From Octopus bimaculoides (Eukaryota): 64,000 bases of DNA. The translations under genes and the position numbers were made by a program. The notes under the pieces were generated by a model. That model had not been told where the DNA came from, made no database searches, and saw nothing but the letters and a program-made list of their open reading frames with translations. Below are positions 54,785 to 64,000 of this stretch, piece by piece. Numbering within the stretch: position 1 is the first letter of the stretch; each line of letters starts with the position of its first letter. The stretch covers positions 60,671,149 to 60,735,148 of the forward strand of contig NC_068982.1 of the NCBI RefSeq assembly GCF_001194135.2, read 5' to 3'.

Positions 54785-57700
54785 CTATTATATATATAAT
54801 CAATTTCAGATTTTCTCTTACAGAAACTATTCTGTAATATTCTCAGTGATATTCTTGGAATGATTCCATAATTATTTTCCAGCAAGGGATACTTTCTCTT
54901 AAGTAGTTGCTTTCTCTTCTCTCACTTTTTTTTTTTTTTTAAACTCAGTAGTTACCTTTCATTTTAACACATTTGGTGTTAAAGTCGTCTACTAGCAATC
55001 TGTTTAAGTATTTATTAACAATATTTCACTTCACAGTATTTGATAACTAGAATTATTTTACTCAGAACTTCCTGTTAATTTATTCATTTTGCTACATAAA
55101 AGTTCTTTAGATAAAACCAGCGCAAATCTCAAGTATCAGTTGTCAAGTACATATTACAGATATATCTATAATACTTGCCAACTGATCTCCAAGGGCTTCC
55201 TCTGTTTATTTACTTATTATGTTACTCAGTGAGTCATAACTTTAAGAATACCACAATATGAAACTATCATTTCCAGATGTGGTATCACACAAATAAATAA
55301 ATGAATAAATAATACCTAAATAATATCACCCTTCACAGTTAATCTGAGCTGCTAGATTTATTTCTATTTTTAAAGCATTTCAGTTGATATCCTGTAAACA
55401 TTCTAGTTACTTGTTGATTTCACCTTATTCTGATTTACTACTTTAATTATTCCTAATAAAAGACTATTGTTTTCATAATGGTAATTACAACTAAGTACTT
55501 TAATCATATTTCTGAGAGTCCATGTAAAGGAAATGTTCCAGTTTAAATTATTTGTCAGTGCCAAAAACAATTTCTTGTTTCCTACTCTGATATTCCTGCT
55601 CTGTCACTATTAATCATAGCATTCAGCTGTACATTTTTTCTTCCCATTGAACTTTCAATCAAATCTAATTTCTCTTTGCTTCTCAAAAGTAACGTTTGTC
55701 TTTACTTATCCTAATCAGTCATTGATATATTGCATCTGCTCATGGTTATTTTCAACTGTATCACAGAAAAAAAATTCTTTGAAATATTTCTTTCAGTTGT
55801 TAAAAGTGAAATAGCATGTCATACCTTATTTTACTTTACTTACATATAGTCATTACAATTCTCAAATTTGTGGTCTTTTTTTTCTTTTTTAGGCCATTTA
55901 AGAAATTATATATGCCATTTACAACGACCTGCTAATATTAACAATAACATTCTTTTAAAATTTGGTCTATAGTCATTGTATATAATCAGATTTTTATATA
56001 TTGTATTTCATAAATTGTTATGCATACAAAATAATCAAATTGCTCAAAGATCCAACAGGAGAGCCTTTGTACAGATGCTTGATCTGCTAGAAATAGAACA
56101 GAAATCTCTCTGAACTCACATTACCATCTTAAGAAAGAAAGGACACATTGGATAAAGTAATTCTAGACAACTTCACCTGTCTGAATGCAAACTATTAATT
56201 AACAGCAACAAATTACTCATTTTTATTTCAAAGTGTGAATCCTAAATCTGTTTTGCATTCATTCGTCTTATATCTCTTTACGGTTTTGTGTTCCTAAATG
56301 AAAACTTTTCATGTAGATTTCTCTTACTACTAGTAGTTTAAAAAAAGAAATATATTAGTCATGAAGGAGAGGCAGTACTCATGACCTCTTGAGACCCAGA
56401 GTGAGGATTGAGAAGAGAAATGTGTGCTGGAAAAAAAACCCAAAATTCTGTTCCAACCAATTATAATAGAGTGATTACATTCCCAAATTCCACCATGCAC
56501 TAGTAATAGAATAAAGGGTATGTCTTATTTCTACTACAATAAAATAATTTCACATTTAGTGGGGCTTTTTTTTTTTTTTTGCTTTTGTTATGTTTTCATA
56601 CAATAAATGTGAACAGTTCTATGACACAGATGCAGTAGAACTGTGTTAGTGGCCAGGCTGCAGAAGTGCAGCAAAACTTGAATATAGCAATTTTTATGTA
56701 TTGTTAAAATGACTAAAACAACTTTTCAGTGTTGTAATTGTTTCAAGTTACAACATAGTCTCATATCAGATCACTTGCTCAATATATATAATAATAAACT
56801 CTGCAATCTATGATTCCAATTAAAAAGAAAGGAACACTATATGCTAAAAACACCTAGTCAAAATTTACATGAGCTTCCAAATTGTTTATTGATATTGTTT
56901 GGATTGTTACTTGAATGGTAATATTTATACCGAGGAGTAATGCTGGGGGATTACTTAAATGTTTATAACTGAAAAAGAGAAAAGGAAAAAATAGTATTAT
57001 ATTTTCAAGTTTGTGATAGTTATAATAAATACAAGCTAAATGTAATTTATTGTATGTACCCATGACATTATAGCATATTGGTAAATACTAATAATTTGTT
57101 TTTGCATGTGTGTGTGTATGCACATGCATGCACACAACAATGTGGTGGGGAAAATGTATATTTGTGTGTTGACACAGTACTTGTTATTTCTTTTTAATAG
57201 GGGTTGAATATTAGAGATGAATTCAACTACATACTTGTGATACTCTCTCTTTCAATCGAATGTCAAAGTTAAAAATCAGTGAGATTTTAATATATACTGA
57301 ATCACTGAAATTTCTGCTGAGAATTATGTATCCAGACTCTTTTACATCAGATGATCTAATGTACTTTTAATTGATAAGATTTCTTTTTTATTTGCTTCAT
57401 GAAAAACTATTTTTGCTTTACTTTGTTAGAAAAAGAATCAATTACTTGTTATGGAATTAACAAGTATTTAACTTTAGAAATACTTCTTAGTAAATTAAAT
57501 AAGTTTAATTGGTAACATTTCTTGCCAAATGTCAGTGATATAAGATACAAACAAGTTGTTTTATAATGATTCTGTAAATTTTATAACTGTCTCCTTGTTA
57601 ATTTATTTTAGATCCACATGTTTATCCATTCATAAAAGACTTCATGCATTTTGCATAGATAATCAAACATCTTGACCCAAATTAAATTTTAATTTGCTTT

Positions 57701-59824
57701 ATAAGTTGAAACAAATTAAAATTACAAAGGTCTAACTTTGCATCTTCATATTGATTATTATATTGATTTTGGTCACACCTTAAAATTTACAAACAAGAAA
57801 TTAATCACAGTAATCAAAACTTTGTGTCATCTGTTTGTTGAAGATAAATAGAAATCTTAATGTTTGATTTCAAACACTTCAATGCAAGTGTACTGTGAAG
57901 ACATTCTTTAATAGACCAGTGGTTACCATGTGTTGTGTATATTAATGAATTCATTAAGTGTAGCCAAAATTTTCTTTTAATGTCTCTTAGTTTTTTTTTT
58001 GTTCCCCCCCCCATAACATTCTTTTTCCTTTTGTTTTTTTTTCCTCCATATCTCAAATAGTCACATATGAATTGCAAAATTGTACAGACTTATGCAGATA
58101 TGTCTATAAAGTGTATGTGATTTTTTTTTTTTTTTTTTTTTTTTACACATAACCTCTCCACTTTTCTCTTCATTACCATTTTTGATTGGGATATAATGCT
58201 TATAATTAACCTGAATAAATCTGGACTCTTAGGGCTTGGCTGTAAATGATTCCCAGCTGTCCAGACTGGTCCAGAAATGACCGCCTTATGACTTGCTAGT
58301 TAATTGCATGTTGGGGTAAAAATTATTCAGGTATCATCTCGCTACTACTACTATTACTATTACTGTTGCTGCAGTCTGAGGTAAGTTCAGTGGACATGCC
58401 ACCAAGAACAATACTACAGCCTTACACATCCATACATTTGGTTGGAGATGGGGCAGTTTGTTTCCATTCAGCACATCTCCTTTCGGCTTTTGTCCAACCC
58501 AATGATAGTGAGATAATCAATAAGATGATGTGCTCTGCTCATGTAGTAGGAGTAATTTGGAGTCTTTTTTCATAATTGTATATAGCTAAAAGATGTTTGT
58601 ATTGATCACTTGTGGAAGTGGCTGTACAGAATGCACTGACTTAAATACAGTGCCAACATACCACTACAATAATCCATAGGCTGACCCCCCCCCCACACAC
58701 ACACACAGATACCGTTACCACCCCGCCCAACTAATCTTACACCCTCCTCTCTTCATTGAATTGTAGGATTGTTAACTAAGTGGCTTGGCACTGTCGAGAA
58801 ATTACAAAGAGGAAATTTTCATGCAAGCCAATTACTGGTCCCATGGACTCAGATTTTGGGAAACATCAAAAACAAAGTAGTGGTGTGTGTGTGTGTGTGT
58901 AAGCTTGCAGTCATCTGTACACTTTCTAAAAGTTGGGGCAAGTAGTATATTATTAAATGAGTAGAAGTAGTAGTTGTAGTAGTTTGTCTCTTATACTTTT
59001 CCTATGTATCTTTTCATTTACTTACCTTACTTTTTACCTTAAGAAAGGTAAATATAATTAGCTACAGCTATTTAACTATCTATTTTCCTGAAGCTCACTG
59101 TTATATAGATAGATAATATTTATATATTACATTTATATTATATATATATATATGCATAGCTTTGATGAAGCAAACAGGAAAATAGAACTCAAAACACGAG
59201 TATACACATGTTTTTTTTTTATTAATAATTGGCAGAAATTACAGAATGGCTTGAGAGCCAATGGACAAACCTCTTGGCCCTTGAGTCACTCTGTAACATC
59301 TGCTACTTCAGTACCAGTTGAAGACTGGGGTCAATATAATCAACTAGCCCCCTTCCCCATAAAATTTAGGCTCTGTGCTTATTGAAGAAAGAATTATATT
59401 TATATATGTATATTTTATGCAATTCATACGTATTTATGTATGTACATACATGTGTATATATATGTANNNNNNNNNNNNNNNNNNNNNNNNNNNNNNNNNN
59501 NNNNNNNNNNNNNNNNACACACACACACACACATATATATATATGCTCTTATTGCCCTCTTCCTCACAGCTTCTCTGTCACCTCAATATTCCCTTATTCT
59601 TTTTCCTTTTCCCTATTAACGCCCCCCCCCCCACCTGTCTCTCTTCCAATGACTCTTTCTGGTTCCTCTCTCCAATCATTTATATTTCTTGTTCATGTTC
59701 CCTTCTAGCACACCTGCGCAAACTCACTCTTGTAATGCGGGATAGCCCTGGACCCTCTCTTCTCAATCGGACTTCACCTAGAATCATCAGTCCCTCTCTT
59801 CTATTCTCCATCAGTTATGGAGGT

Positions 59825-60020
59825 TCCCATTAAGCCATGTAGTTCTGCTTGCAAGTTGCAAGGCAACTTCACGTGTGCTGTTGCCATGAAAAAGCACCCA
59901 GTATTTTCTTTGTAAAGTGGTTGTCATTAGGAAGGGCATCCTTCAGCAGAAACCATGCCAAAACAGACAGTGCGAATGTAACATGCTCTTACTGAATCCT
60001 GTTGAACCATCCAACCCATA
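59825..60020 (+). mobile_element. Interspersed repeat family C (opposite orientation, truncated)
   Basis: CTTGCAAGTTGC...AAAAAGCACCCAGTA...GTCATTAGGAAGGGCATCC...AGAAACCATGCCAAAACAGACA...GAACCATCCAACCCAT. Confidence 0.8.
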
Positions 60021-60213
60021 CATATATATAATAAATATATTTATTAGTGTGTGTGTGTGTCTGTGTATGTTAGTGTGTGTCAAAAGAGAGAAAGATAGAG
60101 ATACTGAATGAAGAAATATGAAACAGTAAGAAGATAAAATCTACTTTTCCTTGTTTGTGTAAGCACAAATACACAAGTGTTTGTGTGTTAATATGGACAG
60201 ATAGATATATACA

Positions 60214-60264
<51 letters not shown>

Positions 60265-61104
60265 GCATACATACAAATTTGTGGGGAAAAGGGATAGAGA
60301 CATGTGTAAACCCATATGTGTATAAATAAGCAAACACACATGTGCATATGCACATGTACACCTACATACACACATGCACACACCTTCATTGCAATTTGCT
60401 TTTTATTTTCTCAATAATGGATGAGAATGACCATCCCCACACCTGACAAGAGTCAATCAAATATCATTATAGCATTTTTTAAAGATGAATTTATACTTAG
60501 TGCATAGTGATCATCTGAGAAAGAAGACTTATTACTGAGACAAATTTATAGTAGCCTATAGTAGATGAAGTATGTTATCCTCATTCAGCCGGAAGTGATG
60601 ATAGCTTTTATCATTAGTTGCAGGCAATTTCAATTTTCGTTATTACTGAATACTCTGACTATCAATATTCTCTATAATATGCATCATAAATTGACTGTAA
60701 GGCTTGTGTACTCACCATCTAGAAACAACATTTTTGTAATAAAGAAAATACAATACTATTTATTTATCTTCTAATTTAGTGTGCTTTTTAGATTAGCTGG
60801 TTTATGCATTTGTTTGTTCAAACTGGTAAAGCATTGCATTGCAGGAATCTCAGCAAACAAGTTAGATTCTTTCTGCTCTAGAGACAGAAACTTTTAAGCT
60901 ATTTATAGCATTAGAAATACTTATGCAGAGCCATCTGAGAAAATGAAACAAAATTCCAGTTCAACCATGACTTAGATGTTCTTTTGTCCAGTGTCTATAA
61001 TGAAATTTTGAAATTCTAAAAATATATCTTTGAAAAATATACTTTTCCAAGCTTAGTTCAATGCACCTTGCATTGTTCTGATATACTGCACTTGATCTCA
61101 AGAA

Positions 61105-61170
61105 TATGTCATTTATGTCCACCGCTTTCCATGCTTGCATTGGTTGAACAGATTGTCGTGGTCTTAGTTC
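61105..61170 (-). mobile_element. Family C tail fragment
   Basis: ATTTATGTCCACCGCTTTCCATGCTTGCATTGGTTGAACAG resembles the family C terminus. Confidence 0.5.
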
Positions 61171-61416
61171 TTATCCAGAAAGGTTTGAGTTAGTTCCTAT
61201 TCAGAGTTGCTACATTCCTAGATTGTTCAAAGGGTATTGTCATGATCATATGTTTCCTTTTTTATTTGAATTCTATATTTGGGTTGACCACTTTGCAGAT
61301 TACACTGAGTGCTTTATCCAGTCATAGAAGCTATGCCGAAGTAAACATTAGAGCACAATGCAGTTTTTAAACCTGTTGGATTTTGTTATTTATATATATA
61401 TATTTATATTTATATT

Positions 61417-61449
<33 letters not shown>

Positions 61450-62424
61450 TACATTTATGTTGATCTTAACATTCCTACCTGAGTCTTTTAAGATATGTTT
61501 TAAGCTATCATATGCTCACACAAGTAGAGAATTGTTCTTGAGATGTAAACAACTAGTTTCTGCTATTAGTATCATGGTCATGTTATTGTAGTTTTTAAAA
61601 TGGTAATAATAAATAATAATAACTATCATCATTATTATTATCATCATCATCTTTAACAATAATTTCTATACCAATCTGAATTTATTGAATTTGTTTATTT
61701 CCTTCCAAACTTTCCTGTAACTCCAGTAAGATCTTACAGGGCAACATCAAAACCCCTTTCTTTTGTATGGAGAAACATTGTAACAGACAGTTCATGAATT
61801 ACAAAACTAACACTTTTCTTTGTTTTTTGTTTTTTTTTTCTGTAGTTGCTTTTTGTTTCCTGTCCATTGGTCAAAGGAAGATTTTTTTTTTTTGCATTGA
61901 TATTTATCTATACTAAGCCTCTCAAGTACAATGATATGCTTTACTTAACTACACAATGAAATGTCTGAAGTGCAGCCTAGAGGTGTTGGTAATCATTGTG
62001 TAGTTAAGCAATATAATTGGAAATGTTACATGTGACAGTTTGGTGTCCCATCCAGAGGAAGAGCTATTTCTCATCTGTTTAATATCATAAAACTTGTGCT
62101 AGACACTTGCCTGTAACAGTTTCTCAGCACTTCAGAGATATTTGCCTATTTTTAGTGCTGTGTATCAGACTTTCTTATCTGATTAAATATGAATCTTTAC
62201 TTAATTATTACATTTTCATTCTCACAAGAAAATTATTGGCAAACATCTCATACTTTCCTACTCCCAAGCCATTCTTTTACAGAAAGCAATATTTTTCTTA
62301 CTTGTACAGTTGTTATTCTTTTTATTAATAATATGTAACTTATGACAGTAATAGTAATAAAAGATTCATTTATTTATATAATACTTACAACAATAACTTA
62401 TTTTTCAAAAATGTACCACAATCA

Positions 62425-62455
62425 CCTAACTCTTCTTATTTTATTTTATTTTCAG
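62425..62455 (+). promoter_or_regulatory. Branch point, polypyrimidine tract and 3' splice site of the BNC exon
   Basis: CCTAAC (branch A at 62429), then tcttcttattttattttatttTCAG|GAT. The exon start matches, from memory, the vertebrate BNC exon junction GY(I/V)LQ|DA(A/S)GKVLD. Confidence 0.93.
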
Positions 62456-64000
62456 GATGCATCTGGCCGAGTTTTAGATAAATGGACCATTGCCACTCGG
62501 GAAGAGGAACATATAATATTACAACAGTTTCTCCGATTTGGAGAAACAAAATCTATTGCTCAGGAAATCATTCTTCAGGATACTAAAGAGAAACAAGAGC
62601 TTTATGTCAAGCAAACTTCTCGGGCTGAGTCTGAAATCAAGAAATTCATTGAGAGGAGTAACCTAAGTATGCAAAGCTACATGCGTCCCTACGAATCACG
62701 GCATCTGTTCTCAAATCGCATGCCATTCGTATCCCACAGTAGTAACCGCCTTGTAGCACCGACTGCAATACAGTATACTGCCACTACACCCCCACGGGAT
62801 TTACGCCCCACAAGTATGCCTCCCACTCCTGTACCTACATCGAGTCCTGTTACCTCGTCCCCATTAGGCCGTCTGCAAACCATGTTGCCCATTGATTTTC
62901 GAAGGGAACGCTTAAGTCCTGCTGTTAGCCCAGGACTATCAGAAAAACGTGCCTCTGTGCCACAGCTATCACAACCACCTCTGCCACCACCACCACCACC
63001 ACTACCTTCCCACGGTGATGAAAGTCCCAAAAATCTGAGTACTACCCCAACACCAACACCAACATCCACAAGTCCTCCCCAGTTCCAGTCAATGAAACCG
63101 CCAGATATAATTGAAAATTCTAAACATGCGCCATGCATAAATATGCCAAATATTAGCCCAGTCATTATCTCCCAAGAAGATTCACCTATGAATGCAATAA
63201 ATTATTCTACCAAAGACTGTGAAGAATCAGCACTGTCTGTGTATGCAGATCGCAAAGTAAAACACCTCCGAAAGTCGGCTAATCCAATCAAACGTCAATG
63301 GACTCCTTCGGCATCATTTGGAAGTACACTGATTGCACCCAACGGCAAAAAGCGTGTTCTTTGCACAGCTTGCAATAAAACTTTCTGTGATAAAGGTGCT
63401 CTTAAAATTCATTACAGTGCAGTACATCTGAAAGAGATGCACAAATGTACAGTTGAAGGCTGCAGTATGATGTTCAGTTCTCGTCGCAGTCGTAATCGCC
63501 ACAGTGCCAACCCTAACCCTAAGCTCCACATGCCTCAAAAACGCAAACTCCCAGAAGGAGCTACTTTAGTAGCTGAGTCCAAACTCCCTTCGAGGCTCAT
63601 TAATTCTCCTCCTACCATGGTCGTTACTTCATCTTATCTCTCTAGAGCAGTGATTCCCTCACTCGATTCAAATGTCCTCAACAGGAGTGATCAGTCATGC
63701 TTTGTAGATGTGGGAAACAGCCTTTCATATATGTCTTCTGGGAAAAAAATAAAAATGGAAAATAACGATGGAAGTAATGAAGCCATTGATATGACTGATG
63801 ATGTGAAGTCGCTGGACGATACATTGAAACCAGATGTAAGCAGCACACAGCGTGGCTTCAACAGAAGGAAAAGCTTGATTCCTACCCGTTGTGCCCAGAT
63901 GGAAGAAAATTACAGCATGAGTGATGAAAATTCAATCTCAGATGAGAAAGATGCAACTAAACACAACAAGAAATGCTTAAATGATGCTGAGAATGTAAAA
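62456..64000 (+). CDS. BNC: Large internal coding exon (phase 0, 515 codons, open to window end) of a basonuclin/disconnected-family C2H2 zinc-finger transcription factor
   Basis: Stop-free frame from 62456 reads DASGRVLDKWTIATREEEHIILQQFLRFGETKSIAQE..., matching the conserved BNC1/BNC2 block (DASGKVLDHW...LQQFLRFGETKSIVE). It later reads GKKRVLCTACNKTFCDKGALKIHYSAVHLKEMHKCTVEGCSMMFSSRRSRNRHSANPNPKLH, the diagnostic BNC/disco finger pair. A canonical acceptor precedes it. BNC1 vs BNC2 vs disco orthology cannot be resolved here. Confidence 0.97.
62984..63064 (+). repeat. Coding low-complexity repeats: (CCA)6 polyproline and CCA-ACA PTPTPT
   Basis: ctg(cca)6cta encodes LPPPPPPL; ccaacaccaacaccaaca encodes PTPTPT. 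Confidence 0.9.
63362..63529 (+). other. First C2H2 zinc-finger pair of basonuclin/disco (finger 2 has the family-typical HSANPNPKLH ending)
   Basis: Translation CTACNKTFCDKGALKIHYSAVH-LKEMHK-CTVEGCSMMFSSRRSRNRHSANPNPKLH. Confidence 0.96.

Noticed and set aside
58720-58728. Single GC-box ACCCCGCCC with a CCAAT about 100 nt downstream
   Set aside because: Isolated motifs next to C-runs and (CA)n; no CpG island or other promoter support.
62689-63538. Minus-strand ORFs of 158 aa and 74 aa
   Set aside because: Antisense shadows of the GC-richer BNC exon; the + frame carries the conserved protein.
1-64000. CRISPR arrays, rRNA, genuine tRNA genes or prokaryotic operons
   Set aside because: None seen. 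The tRNA-like A/B boxes belong to SINE heads and lack a full cloverleaf.

Overview
AT-rich, microsatellite-dense animal genomic DNA with seven N-gaps. The repeat families and composition suggest an octopus/coleoid cephalopod (inference, not verified). The only convincing host coding sequence is a large + strand exon from 62456 that runs off the window end. It encodes a basonuclin/disconnected-family (BNC/disco) zinc-finger transcription factor, including the conserved LQQFLRFGETKS block and the first C2H2 pair. The ORF track misses it because it has no stop inside the window. I could not find the preceding conserved BNC exon, so most of 1-62455 is probably one very long phase-0 intron. That region holds three tRNA-SINE-like or SINE-like families, TTAA-flanked piggyBac-type MITEs, a dead mariner and a fossil RLE-type non-LTR retrotransposon. 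The most interesting unexplained signals are a clean 27-nt frame-preserving microexon candidate (24355-24381), two long fold-back inverted repeats (11570-12059, 28991-29523) able to form >150-bp dsRNA, and a pri-miRNA-sized hairpin about 440 nt upstream of the exon (61929-62019). Identity figures are by-eye counts and family names are from memory, not database searches.
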